NCBI RefSeq assembly: GCF_001194135.2
Contig: NC_069002.1
Location: forward strand, 2,828,450 to 2,892,449
From: Octopus bimaculoides
Lineage: Eukaryota
Length of the DNA stretch: 64,000 nucleotides
Direction of reading: 5' to 3'
In this document: positions 11,921 through 26,254 of the stretch, piece after piece
How the letters are laid out: every line of letters begins with the position of its first letter
Position numbering within the stretch: position 1 is the stretch's first letter
Translations under genes and position numbers: made by a program
Notes under the pieces: generated by a model
The model's input: the letters and a program-made list of their open reading frames with translations, nothing else
Told to the model about the DNA's origin: nothing
Database searches by the model: none

Positions 11921-12137
11921 AGCGGCGAAATGGCTGAATGGTTAGCACGACGGGCGAAATGTTTAGTGGTTTTTCGTCTGCCATTACGTCTAAGTTCAAA
12001 TTCCGCCGAGGTCGACTTTGCTTTTCATCCTTTCGAGGTGTATTAAATAAGTACCAGTTATACACTGGGATCGATGTAATCGACTTAATCTCTTCCCTCA
12101 AATCTGAGACCTAGTGCTTCCAGTAGAAAGGATTATT
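11921..12137 (+). mobile_element. SINE family A, near full length
   Basis: Head GCGGCGAAATGGCTGAATGGTTAGCACG, B-box-like AAGTTCAAATTCC, central GTCGACTTTGCTTTTCATCCTTTCGAGG block, tail ending TAGAAAGGATTATT. Confidence 0.9.
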
Positions 12138-12490
12138 TTATTAAATCCGAGTGACGTAACGCAAGGCTGATCTCAAAGGAATTTGAAGTGAGTACATAAA
12201 AGACTGGAAGAAATCCTGCTCAACATTCACTTAAACGCATGTACAAACACACAAATAAAGGACGAATCGATGTTGTTAGCGGAAATGTTAGGAATACCAG
12301 GCGAAATACCTCAGATAACGCATTTATTCCTTCACAACATGACACATTAGACAATGGCTATATTAGTGTGCTCGTTCAGTGCTGACTTTCGGCTAAACAA
12401 CAGCAACGTCCGCTAGCTCAGTTATAAATAATTACCGAATCTCCACCATGTCATACACGATCTTCACATATATGACAAAAATACGTGACA

Positions 12491-12537
12491 TGATAAAGAC
12501 ATATTTTGGTTGATAAAGACATATCTTGGTTGATAAA
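12491..12537. repeat. 20-bp tandem duplication (about 2.3 copies)
   Basis: TGATAAAGACATAT(T/C)TTGGT twice, then TGATAAA. Confidence 0.9.
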
Positions 12538-12747
12538 ACCGAGCTGGATTGTCTTTAGTTATTGGTGATTTAAGTTTTTTTCTTTTTGCTATATTTTGTT
12601 ATAACTGGCTTACGGTCAAATAACAATAAAAACCACACAAACATAAATATTCATTGATACACAAGTACATCTACAAGCTTATAAAATGTGATATGCGAAC
12701 GCATATTTATAAACACAGAGGCACACTCAGAACATAATGCTTTGTTG

Positions 12748-12976
<229 letters not shown>

Positions 12977-15900
12977 ATTGTGGAAATTATAAGAATATCA
13001 ATAAAAACATGGACAACGGCAATAATTACAAAAATAACCATATTAATGATGATAATAATAATAATAGTCATAATTATGACAACAAAATAATGAAAATAAT
13101 AATGATAATAATATTAATAATAATAATATCAATAATAATAACATCATCATCATCATCATCTTCATAATAATTAATATTCAATGAATAATCAGTAAAATTT
13201 CAATTTTTGAATCAACAGTTGAGATAATATCTCCAGATCTTTTATTGACATCTGGTTTAGCAGATAACTTCCGGTAAAGAGTTTGGGTGGGTTTGCGCGT
13301 GCGTCTATGTGTTCGTGTTTGCGTTTACGTTCGTGTTCTTGGATGTGTCTTTGTGTGCGTGCGTACGCGTTTCTGCATGGCTATATTTCTTCGTGTTTGA
13401 GTATGTGTTTGTATGGAAGCTAGACGTTTACGTGTCTGGTTGCTCTCTTACGTATGTTTAGTTCTATGATGGCGTACATGTGTGTTTGCCTCTTATTTAT
13501 CTTTATGTATGATTACAAGGATATGCTTCGAACGTGTCCATGCATAGGTGTGGTGGTTACATGGAAATGTACGTGTGTAGGTTATTGTGATTGGTATATT
13601 TTGTATGGAAGAGAATACAGCAGTGGTACAGATGAAAGGATGGCACGATGGTCGCACTATTATCTATGCTGTAATTAGTGGTGGTTGTACTGATGATCGC
13701 ATAATGGTAGTGGTAGTGGTAGTCTCGTTGTTGTTCTTGGTGGTGCTGGTGCTGCTTCTACTGCTCCTGGTGGTGGTGGTGGTGGTGGTGGTGGTGGCGA
13801 TGATGATGAGGGTAGTGGTGATGGTAGCGGCGATGGTTGTAGTGATGGTGATTGTGATGGTGGTGGCGGTGGTGAGAATGGTTTGATGGTCGTTGCGATG
13901 ATGGTCGACGTAGTGATAATGAGAGGTGCTGTTGGTGCTGCTGCTGCTTTTAGCTGTGGTGACGACAATTATGATATTGATGAGGAAGACAAATAGGCGG
14001 AAGGATTACGGTAACGATGATGATGATGATGATGATGAGGCAGAGAAGGAAGAGGAAGGCGGTGAACTAGAACAGCAGAAAGAAGGGGATGGTAACCATG
14101 GTAATAATAATAGTCAATCGGAAAGGCACAAAGGTCAAATGTTGTTAAATATGTGTTTGTATAAATGCGTAAATGTAAATGTGTATATGCGCATAATTAT
14201 GTGTGTGTGTGTATGTGAGAGAGAGAGAGAGAAAGAGAGAGAGTGATGTGTGTATGCATCATGTGTGTGATGTGTGTGCGTGTATGTATGCGTTGTGTGT
14301 GTGTGAAAGAGGCGGTCTGCTGGAATATGAATCTATTGAAAGCAATGTGTCTTGACTTTATAGATACCGGAAGTTGAACGAAGGGTGAATCAGTTAACAA
14401 CAGTTCGATTTTAAGTGGAGGGATAATAGCGGGAAGCGGCGGGGAAGGGGGGAGTAGCTGGAAAAAGCGGAGGGAGGTGTGGGAATGAGAGTGGTGGATG
14501 TTGTTGTTGTTGTTGTTGTTGTTGTTGTNNNNNNNNNNNNNNNNNNNNNNNNNNNNNNNNNNNNNNNNNNNNNNNNNNNNNNNNNNNNNNNNNNNNNNNN
14601 NNNNNNNNNNNNNNNNNNNNNNNNNNNNNNNNNNNNNNNNNNNNTCATCGTCGTCTTCAGCTAAGGATGAAACTGTTGAAGTAGGATGACGAAATGAAAA
14701 TGAATATTCTTATGATGGCTCATAATGATATTGAAAATGAGGAGAAGGAGGAAGAGGAGGAGGAGGAGGAGGAGGAAGAAGAAGAAGAAGTAGAAGAAGA
14801 AGAAGAAGAAGAAGAAAAGGAGGAGGGAGGAGATGAGAAGAAATAGGAGATGAGAAGAAAGAGGAGAGAAGGGGAGAAGAGGATGAAGTTGATGCTGTTG
14901 ATGATGATTATGACCACGACGACTAAGAAAATGATAATGATGATGATGTTGATGATATTGATGATAATGATGATGATGATGATGATAACGACAACATGAA
15001 CAACGGTTCAGCATCATCAGCATCATCGTTATCATACCTATCAATCTCATTATCTTCACCACTACCACCATCATCATCACTGTCGTCATAGCAAAGAGGA
15101 TGTTAGCAAGACTTATTACGAAGTGGAATATATAATGAGATGACTTCATTAAGATGTGTTAATTATTCATTGTTACTTCAACAAAGATTGAACTCTTAGA
15201 AGCCAGAATCAAAATTCTATGAGCCTCATATTGCCATTGTAGAGGTTACTATTGTTACTGTTATTGACATTGTTGTTGACGATGATGATGACGGCGATGA
15301 CGCTGTTTTCTGTCATTGATGATGCTGCTAAAGCCCAGGCCTACATTGATCAAGATGATCTCTGGAAAAGACCTACGATAAAAAGTATTGTGTCTGTGGC
15401 CACCACTTTTCATTATATATCCGACGTTACATTTTACTATATTGACACTATAACACTATAGGACGATACATCTGGGAGAGGGGATTCTGTATGTAATGTA
15501 TGTGTGCGAGTTTGTGTGTATTTGTGTGTTAGAGGGTGTGTGTGTGTTTTTGTGTGTCTAAGAGTGTGTGTACATGAGTGTGTTCGAGCGTGTGTGTGTG
15601 TGTGTGTGTGTGTCTGTCTGTGCATGCGTGTGAGTATGTCTATATTTATATGTATCTATGATAAACAGTGATTTATATGAAACAGCATTATGATATTGAT
15701 TTTAACGAGGAGTGTGACAATTTTATTGAAATGAATTTACACCAGTTAAGTCCTTGCTATTTGATTTATGCAAGCAATTGCAATAATTACATATACAGGA
15801 ACGTTATTTAATAAAACAAAAATCTAATTAGTATTAACATAATAACTTCCTAATAAATAATTAATAGATTTCACTGCATATGCACATTGCAAAAATGCTA

Positions 15901-16749
15901 ACGCAAGCAAATTAATTAATATTAGCTAAGTTATGTGGATGTATGGATGTGTTGTGTGATATATATACATATATACATACATACATACATATATATATAT
16001 ATATATGTTTATATATATATATATATATATATNNNNNNNNNNNNNNNNNNNNNNNNNNNNNNNNNNNNNNNNNNNNNNNNNNNNNNNNNNNNNNNNNNNN
16101 NNNNNNNNNNNNNNNNNNNNNNNNNNNNNNNNNNNNNNNNNNNNNNNNNNNNNNNNNNNNNNNNNNNNNNNNNNNNNNNNNNNNNNNNNNNNNNNNNNNN
16201 NNNNNNTATATATATATATATATATATATATATGAATGTATGCAGGTGTTTATATGTATGTGTATATGTATATATGTTTATAAACATATAAGTATACATC
16301 TATATATATATATCATATAATGTTCGTATAACCAATACGATGTGTATGCAAATTGATATGTAGGAATATACATGTGTATATGCATATGTTTCTGTGTGGG
16401 TGTTATGTAAGGGAATGTATACTATACTTCTATGCGTAGTAACATGTGTGAATATGTCTGTCGAATTACGTCGTCAAAAACATTGATCCCGAATCACTGT
16501 GCTGGAACTAAATCTGTAACTTCAATATATTTAGTGTTAAGTAGAGAATCAATGGCCAGGTTACAGATGTAGAACGATAGAACTTGATTCCTGATAATAT
16601 ACAAATTGATAACTTCAAAGTCTAAGTGAACATAAAAGAGCATAGTTTGTGTTTTTGTGGTTTAGTTTTGGATACAGTAATCCTAGTGTTAGTAATCGGA
16701 AAAGTGCACCCAAATACAGACAAACATGCATACACAAATAACCACATAG

Positions 16750-16905
16750 GGACGGGCGAGGCTTTGGGGTAGGAAGTTTTAGTTCCTAGTTGAGCACCAC
16801 TGCGTGAAACCTTGGGCAGGTGTCTCCAACTAAAGCCACTGGCCGACCAAGACTTTGTGAGTGAATCTGGTAAACGAAACGGAAAAAGATAGAATTCAGT
16901 AGTAC
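16750..16905 (+). mobile_element. SINE family B (CORE-type), diverged 5' half
   Basis: CCACTGCGTGAAACCTTGGGCAGGTGTCTCC...GGCCGACCAAGACTTTGTGAGTGAATCTGGTAAACG matches the copies at 32325, 35691 and 41594. Confidence 0.8.
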
Positions 16906-17439
16906 ACACACACATAGACGTGTGTGAGTGTGTGTACGTGTGTAACGTGTGTGTGTATAGGTATGTATGTATGTTTGTATATATATATTATTTGAGCAGA
17001 AACTCAAATAATGTTGAGCGGTAAATATTTTCCTCTCAGACGATGTGTACACTCATTATGTCTACAGGTCAAATATCCACTAATTTTATGTAAATATATT
17101 TCTACATATGGTAATTTGATATTTGAGAAAGACTGCATGCCTCGGGAGAAATCTGGATTCAATACGAAAGCTGCATATATAGAAATTAATATTTTGGCAG
17201 TTATTATAAACGTACATTCATACTGAGAAATGCCTCTGTGTATGCGTATATAATTTATACCTGTACACGTGTGTGTGTTTGTGTGTATGCGTGCGCGAGT
17301 GTGTGTGCGTGTGTGTGTATATCGATCTGGAGTTTAGATACGTCTATATATTTATGTATATCTATATAAACGGTCGTAATAAATTGGCACTAGTCTTTCA
17401 GTTGATACTTATTTATATTTTATATATATGTACATACAT

Positions 17440-17477
<38 letters not shown>

Positions 17478-18822
17478 NNNNNNNNNNNNNNNNNNNNNNN
17501 NNNNNNNNNNNNNNNNNNNNNNNNNNNNNNNNNNNNNNNNNNNNNNNNNNNNNNNNNNNNNNNNNNNNNNNNNNNNNNNNNNNNNNNNNNNNNNNNNNNN
17601 NNNNNNNNNNNNNNNNNNNNNNNNNNNNNNNNNNNNNNNNNNNNNNNNNNNNNNNNNNNNNNNNNNNNNNNNNNNNNNNNNNNNNNNNNNNNNNNNNNNN
17701 NNNNNNNNNNNNNNNNNNNNNNNNNNNNNNNNNNNNNNNNNNNNNNNNNNNNNNNNNNNNNNNNNNNNNNNNNNNNNNNNNNNNNNNNNNNNNNNNNNNN
17801 NNNNNNNNNNNNNNNNNNNNNNNNNNNNNNNNNNNNNNNNNNNNNNNNNNNNNNNNNNNNNNNNNNNNNNNNNNNNNNNNNNNNNNNNNNNNNNNNNNNN
17901 NNNNNNNNNNNNNNNNNNNNNNNNNNNNNNNNNNNNNNNNNNNNNNNNNNNNNNNNNNNNNNNNNNNNNNNNNNNNNNNNNNNNNNNNNNNNNNNNNNNN
18001 NNNNNNNNNNNNNNNNNNNNNNNNNNNNNNNNNNNNNNNNNNNNNNNNNNNNNNNNNNNNNNNNNNNNNNNNNNNNNNNNNNNNNNNNNNNNNNNNNNNN
18101 NNNNNNNNNNNNNNNNNNNNNNNNNNNNNNNNNNNNNNNNNNNNNNNNNNNNNNNNNNNNNNNNNNNNNNNNNNNNNNNNNNNNNNNNNNNNNNNNNNNN
18201 NNNNNNNNNNNNNNNNNNNNNNNATAGATATATATTCTATATACATTTAGAAGTAGAGATATATAAGTATGCGTATATATGTATACATATTCTGTATAAA
18301 TCATCCTCGTGTGTATATCTCGAACATTCTAAAGAACCATTCAATCAATAAAACGTTGAAAAAATTATTGTTGTATAAAAATGAACTTCCCATCTTTAGA
18401 TATAATGGAATTTGAATATAAAACGCATTATAAATATATAATCCAGATTGGAGGTAAAAATACAACGATACTTGTCCACATAAACGTGTACGCAGACACA
18501 CGCACACACATACACACACACACACACACTCACACACACAAGCACACACAGACCCAAACACACACAATTATCTTTTACTTGTTTCATTCATCAGACTGCA
18601 GCCATATTTATGTGTGTGTGTTCGCGTGCATATATATATATATATATATTTAATACCGTAAATATATATTCTTGAATATATTCGCATGTATAATTTTATA
18701 CGTATAACTGTATCACATACAAATACACATACATACATACATATCCTTGAAAGCATTTGTGCAGTTACATACAAAGTACAAATTCTCATTCAGAAATATA
18801 TACGTGAAGATATCCATGTAGT

Positions 18823-18856
<34 letters not shown>

Positions 18857-18948
18857 CGTGTGTGTGTTTGTGTGAGAGTGTGTGTGTTTATGCATATGCT
18901 TATCATATATAATACATATATGCATATATATACTTATATATATACATA

Positions 18949-19021
<73 letters not shown>

Positions 19022-19988
19022 ATGTATGTATGTATCTATGTATGTATATAATAAAATTAAAATCAGGAGAACAGAGATTTGCACATCCAAGATTTCTTTT
19101 GCAGTTAATCACATCTTTCGTCGTCAAGAACTACGCACGTTTCCGCTGCAAGACAGTGTACACTGTCAAATGTGCATTTTGGTGTTAATTATCCGTGCAA
19201 CTTCATCAGTCAACTTTAGCTGTTAGTCTGATATCATCTAAAGGTATTAGAAACTTGACTAAAATTATTTTCTGTGTTATTAGCGTTACTAAAAATAGTC
19301 ATCAATTTCTTGAACTTTATATTACATTGGCCACACCGGAAATTACGGCTATTTTTTGTCTTAAATCCTTAAATTTGATCAGTCCTCAAAAATTTTCCAA
19401 TGCTTATTAATTCAGATTCTCGCTGATATATATATATATTAGAAGGCTTTGAAGGTGATGTACAGGAATCATATAATAGAAAAAATAATAAGGTACTCAG
19501 ATATCTGGATAGTTGTACATTTAGNNNNNNNNNNNNNNNNNNNNNNNNNNNNNNNNNNNNNNNNNNNNNNNNNNNNNNNNNNNNNNNNNNNNNNNNNNNN
19601 NNNNNNNNNNNNNNNNNNNNNNNNNNNNNNNNNNNNNNNNNNNNNNNNNNNNNNNNNNNNNNNNNNNNNNNNNNNNNNNNNNNNNNNNNNNNNNNNNNNN
19701 NNNNNNNNNNNNNNNNNNNNNNNNNNNNNNNNNNNNNNNNNNNNNNNNNNNNNNNNNNNNNNNNNNNNNNNNNNNNNNNNNNNNNNNNNNNNNNNNNNNN
19801 NNNNNNNNNNNNNNNNNNNNNNNNNNNNNNNNNNNNNNNNNNNNNNNNNNNNNNNNNNNNNNNNNNNNNNNNNNNNNNNNNNNNNNNNNNNNNNNNNNNN
19901 NNNNNNNNNNNNNNNNNNNNNNNNNNNNNNNNNNNNNNNNNNNNNNNNNNNNNNNNNNNNNNNNNNNNNNNNNNNNNNNNNNNNNNNN

Positions 19989-20030
<42 letters not shown>

Positions 20031-20764
20031 ATTGAAAACTGTTGAACAATTCAATACCAGGAATGGAACTGGGTGCAGTTTGTAGTGAAGCTAAGAATAG
20101 ATAATTGTTCATTCCTGGCAATGTGAACAGTGGTACTATACATGTCTCCATGTGTTTGTATTTGTAAATATGTGTGTGCGTCTCTGCATCTAAATGTATG
20201 CACAACTTTCTTGTCATCTCACAGCCACATACCACATACATATACGTATTAACATATAGCATACATATGCACACACACATATATATATTTACATACATAT
20301 ATATACACAGGTATACCCATATATATTTTGATACATACACACACACACATATATATGTGTTTGTGTGTATGTGAGTGGGGAGGCATTTGCTTGTATGTAC
20401 GCGCTTGTATTTTGCAATATATGTATGGATGCATATTCACGTATAAGTAACTTACTTCTAAAGATTAGAAAAAAGAGGCCTGAAGCTATTTGTTATCACC
20501 TCGACATAACAATCTACTACGCATTTGCCTTCAGGAAAGAAAGATCAAAAACATCATCCGATTCCTTCCACATTCTAGTTACGGGTTCATAAGCATTAAA
20601 TACAGAACAGACTACTCTGCTTTATCGAATGTTAACTCCATCCACAATGAGTGTTATCTCATGCAACCATATTAACTATGCATAACAGGAGTGGCAGCAG
20701 AACAATAACGAAAATTTTCCCGTACAATCAACCACAATGAATAAAAATTGTCTCATTCCAGTAC

Positions 20765-20870
20765 TTTTTATCTTTGACCTCTTTGGCTTTTATTTGTTTC
20801 AGACAATGGAGTGCAAACTTGCTGGAGTCCTGCCTTGAAAGGGTTAGTCGAAAAAAATCGATTCCAGTAA
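20765..20870 (-). mobile_element. SINE family B 3' tail fragment
   Basis: TTGTTTCAGACAATGGAGTGCAAACTTGCTGGAGTCCTGCCTTG...GTCGAAAAAAATCGATTCCAG is a diverged reverse complement of the family B tail. Confidence 0.6.
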
Positions 20871-20934
20871 TAACGTCAAGTGCTTTTTCTGTAACCGCTA
20901 TATTAAGCCGACGCATATATATATATATACATAC

Positions 20935-21016
<82 letters not shown>

Positions 21017-21306
21017 ATGTATGTATGTTTGCTATTATGTTAAAAGAAGTTAATGAAAGCAGAATGGAACACAGAATATCTACGGAGCTGGGACTCGATA
21101 TTGAGACAATATATTTATTTTGCGGAGAGTGTTTATTTCTGAATTTCTTTTTAATTCCACTCTTAAGATTCATTTGACAACTTATTCAATATTTGTGTGT
21201 GCTCACACAGGCGCATGTGTGCATGTACAGACATGTGGTTCATTGAATATACGTTTATACACATGCATATCTAAATATATACATATAAATATATGTATGC
21301 ATGTAT

Positions 21307-21307
21307 T

Positions 21308-21352
<45 letters not shown>

Positions 21353-21368
21353 GTAGATAGATAGATAG
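21307..21368. repeat. (GATA)n tetranucleotide repeat
   Basis: Direct reading. Confidence 0.97.
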
Positions 21369-22274
21369 AAACACAGGCACACAGATATACAGATATATTT
21401 ATATACACATATGAATGTATGCATAAATTTACAGTGGAAATATATTTGAATGAGAAGTAACTGCCAATCACTTTGTCCAGCTCTAATAAAATATAAGAAA
21501 AAAAAAACGAAAATAAAACAAATAAACAAAAATAGAAACATAAATGGCAGAAAATATTTGTCACAATAATAATTGAAATGCAGTGAACTATTTTTCTTCA
21601 AATCGAAGACAGTATTTCAGCTCATCTTACATCGAACTTCATATATTTTTAATTCATTTCAGTGACAGTATTATCATTTCGTTTTATATCTATTCACATC
21701 AGTTTTCATAAAATGTTGAAACATAATAGAGGTTGCGCAGAATAGTATTAAACATAATAACTGTGAAAAAAAAATATAACTAAATATATCGTTAAATATA
21801 ATTGTCATTTCCTTTATATTTTTTTTCTATTATGCGTTTCTGCAATAGCTTCATTTTTTTCTTTTTCTCGTCGCAACATAAATCTACGTCAGTCATGAAT
21901 AACAAACTATTTGTTCTAAAGTGTTCCAATTGTAGCTCTTCTTGCTCTGTTCTTCTAAATATATCTTGAGTCAACGTTAAACTTCATTTTGTTATTGCCT
22001 TTCAAGATATTTAATGTGTGATTTGAAGATTATTTAACTACCATTTCTAACATAGCACCCTAGTTTACATCCAGACAAATTATTTATGATTTGAATCTTT
22101 CATTTAATTCTGTTCTTGTTATCAAATTTAGTAAAATGTTTCTTTCGATTCACACACACACACACATATTTATATTTATATATANNNNNNNNNNNNNNNN
22201 NNNNNNNNNNNNNNNNNNNNNNNNNNNNNNNNNNNNNNNNNNNNNNNNNNNNNNNNNNNATATATATATATATA

Positions 22275-22672
22275 CTCATTACGCAGAGTTTGACCACCTC
22301 CTGTACCTACACCTTAGAATCATCATGGCAATTGATGTGCCTTTTGAACCACCAAGACCTGCAGATAAGTTCTGATCTTTGTGGATCTTAAAATGTCTTT
22401 TGAGGCCTCCATTAGATTTGCGAAGCTTCTGGCACAGACATGGTGTGCACAGACATACAGGCAGAATAGTTGGTGGAGGTTCGTTTTCCATGGGTTCGCA
22501 AATGAGATTTGAGCCCAGCAAAAGAAAGGCATGGTTTGTCACGAACTCTGCACACAAAAAGGTCCTTGTGATTCACCTTCTCGACCATAACATTCTTCCT
22601 TAGATCTCTTCTGATTCTTGCATGCGTTATCCTGGCCTCTTCAAACGCTTTCACTCCACTCCACACAGTCAT
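22275..22672 (-). mobile_element. 5'-truncated RTE-clade LINE 3' end with two decayed C2H2 zinc fingers
   Basis: Translation VWSGVKAFEEARITHARIRRDLRK...FVCRVRDKPCLSFAGLKSHLRTH, then a frameshift to CLCQKLRKSNGGLKRHFKIH, then a stop and a (TA)n run. The W..GV..FE..R....KR..RK segment followed by C2H2 is typical of RTE ORF C-termini. No TGEKP linker. Confidence 0.75.
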
Positions 22673-23174
22673 GTATAAGAATATATATTAAAACAGAATG
22701 ACTCTCCCCAGGCACAATAATATACACACACACTCACACACACGCTCAAACACACGTCTATGTAAGTATGTATGTATGTATATATTTATTTTTAAAAATT
22801 ACACGGAATGCATTTTATACATCAAATCAAGGCGCGTTTATTTGCATCACAATTTCCATATCATTTCATCTAGATTTCTCTTTTACCCACTCTTTTAAAA
22901 TATTGATGAGGAGTTTCGATACGATTACACCTTTTTTTATTAAAAGACTGATGAGCAGCTTTGATATAATTGTGTCTTCTTCGCCAGATAATGTTTTAGT
23001 ATTATGTGTTGATTTACTGAAACATGTGTACGGTATACATGTATTACAATGCGAAATCTATTTTCCGTACATTTTACCAATGCTCTAGATATGCATATAT
23101 TTGAAAATATGTGTCTGTGTACACATGAGTACACATGTCCTCATCCTTTGTTTTCTGCATATTTGAACAACATA

Positions 23175-23221
<47 letters not shown>

Positions 23222-25179
23222 NNNNNNNNNNNNNNNNNNNNNNNNNNNNNNNNNNNNNNNNNNNNNNNNNNNNNNNNNNNNNNNNNNNNNNNNNNNNNNN
23301 NNNNNNNNNNNNNNNNNNNNNNNNNNNNNNNNNNNNNNNNNNNNNNNNNNNNNNNNNNNNNNNNNNNNNNNNNNNNNNNNNNNNNNNNNNNNNNNNNNNN
23401 NNNNNNNNNNNNNNNNNNNNNNNNNNNNNNNNNNNNNNNNNNNNNNNNNNNNNNNNNNNNNNNNNNNNNNNNNNNNNNNNNNNNNNNNNNNNNNNNNNNN
23501 NNNNNNNNNNNNNNNNNNNNNNNNNNNNNNNNNNNNNNNNNNNNNNNNNNNNNNNNNNNNNNNNNNNNNNNATATATATATATATATATATATAGTTACA
23601 AATACATATAGCGTGTATATGCGTTTGTATGTGTATGAGAGTGTACGTACCTGTCCGTCTGATAGCCTTTATATTCAATTATCATAGTGACACACATATA
23701 TACGGGACAACAGACACAGAACGAAAAGATGCGAATTAATAAAAGCGAAATTGCGTGCTAAACAAATGTTGAGAGAAACAGGAAGCCGACCAGAACGAGT
23801 GAAATTATCAAAAAGTAAATAATCAATTATTGTTGCAAAAATAATGAAAAAAATCATTAAAACAATTATATCTGCGGCTTAAACAGAAGTACAATGCAAA
23901 AATTTGAATCGTTTGATATTTTTCAACAAAATATTTTCAAAAATCAATGTGAATTGAGAGGAAATAAAATTGTTATACAAATATTTTAGCAACCCACACA
24001 AAACAACTATGCAGACTTACAGACATTTAGACACTGCAAAATCCAATAAAGCACATATAAATTGTATTAAATAAACCAAATGCACGCTGGCTATTGAATA
24101 GATGAACACGTTGTTCAAGAAATCATCAAAAGAGTTATCACACCTAATCATAAATTAACACTTAATAATATATTACAAAAAACAAAAAAGAAGAAAAAGA
24201 GAAACGTTATAAATTTTATCATCACCAACAATAAATCAGAAAACCTCCAAGCTAATGAACACACTTCAGATGACTAATTTAATTTTCGAACTTATATACA
24301 ATCACGAAAGTTTTAAACTTTGTGATTATAATAACTACTGCATTTGACACACGCAAAACATTATGTAGACAATTGACTATGCATTTACACAACTTTGCGA
24401 TAAATAGTATTGAAAGCAGAACTTATGCTACAATATTCAGTATGCTAGGTGAGCCCTATTACGACCCCACTTTCTTTCCTTTATCCCTTCTTGTTGAATG
24501 CAGCAAGGAAGCAGGTATCAGATATCTTTTGTAAATATACCTACATACATACATACATCCCCACTTACATAATGACTAGTATTTACACGCACAAACATCT
24601 CTTCACACACACTCACACATTCATATATATCTATGTATGTATGTATGTAAACACAAAATGTGAGAGGTTTTGCTATCCAGAAAATCCATAAGGCAGGTAA
24701 AGCTATGTAAGCGCTACGGAAGGGCCGTTGTTATGCTTCTAGTTCAATAATAGTATGAGTGATGAGTCTAACACCGGTGGTGTGTGAGCGTGTGTAGGTT
24801 AAATAAAATGATACAACAATGCCAAAGCGGTGTGAAATTTCTAAGATATTTTATAAAGAGAAAGGTTATTACAAATGGATAGTGTGCACGTAACAAAATA
24901 TAGACTCCTATCGGAACTTACATACCATTGCCAAGAAGCCTTTTTACCCATTCTACTGAACGCATTTCGTGGATAATGGAACAGCAAGTGTAACATTCAA
25001 TATATATTTATATTTTTATTCTTATATTTCCATTTATACTTCCTAAAACTCTTCGTTTGGATAATAATTTCTTATATCGAACTGTACCACTTCCTTCTAT
25101 TTAAACAGCTGTAAGACCACCTTTCGCCTTATAAGATGTCCTGATTTTATCGTATCATTTTATTTAACATACGTATATA

Positions 25180-25319
<140 letters not shown>

Positions 25320-26009
25320 CTAGCATACATAAACATATACATAAATGTGTGTGTTTGTGTGTGTGTTTATGTTTGTATATCGGCACATTAGTTCACACAC
25401 ATCATTCTGCACACAAAACACAAAGGACTTACTCCATGGAATTTATATATCAAAGCAAAATAAAAGCGAATTATTTGAAAACAAACACTGTCTATCCTGG
25501 CAACACGCTACCACATGACGACAACACAACCCCTCTATTGTTATTTTCTGATTACTCTAATTTTTGCAGTATTCTGTAGAGTTTAGAGCGAAAGAGAATG
25601 ACATCAAATATCAAAACAAAATGAAATTCCATTGATAAAGAATGAAAAAATAAATATATATTGACACGACAAACACCTGATACACACCTTGAATTAAACA
25701 GCAAAATCGATCATGATCATATTCGTTTCATCCAGCAGATAAGAGTATGAAAAGAGTATGAAAAGTATATATTAGATGCAGACGGAGCCAAAGAGTTTTT
25801 GTTTTTCAAGCAAAACGTAACGAACTTGTAATGTGATTTCAAATTACTGCCAGGGGTATTTAAAATTAGACTATTGCTATCGTTTTAATGATGTAGATAG
25901 ATAGATAGACAGACAGGCAGACAGACAGACAGACAGACAGATATATAGAAAGAAGGATAGATAGATAGATATTCAAATCTGGATACAAGGGTAGCACATT
26001 CGGGGTGTG

Positions 26010-26128
26010 GATAAGGCAGTTACATTGACACCAGTGCATCTCTGGGAGTTATTTTACCGATTCCGAGAGGATGAGAAGTAGTAAAATGAGCTTTGGTGGA
26101 ATTTGACCTCAGAACTTAGAGACGAACT
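26010..26128 (-). mobile_element. SINE family A, old diverged copy
   Basis: ATTGACACCAGTGCATCTCTGGGAGTTATTTTACCGATTCCGAGAGGATGAGAAG...GGTGGAATTTGACCTCAGAAC aligns loosely with the reverse complement of family A. Confidence 0.6.
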
Positions 26129-26200
26129 AAATGCCCTTATGCATTTTATACGGTATGCTAAAGATTCTGCCATATCACCGTGTTTACATACATACATACA

Positions 26201-26254
<54 letters not shown>

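Noticed and set aside
18562-18605. Minus-strand CTGATGA-AT-GAAAC
   Set aside because: It is a variant of the SINE B terminus (...CTGAAACAAGTAAAAG) with no stem II.
19130-19210. 16-bp palindrome GACAGTGTACACTGTC and a loose hammerhead-like arrangement on the minus strand
   Set aside because: One 16-bp palindrome is near chance for this length. The core has an extra G and a GUG triplet, which is not cleavable.
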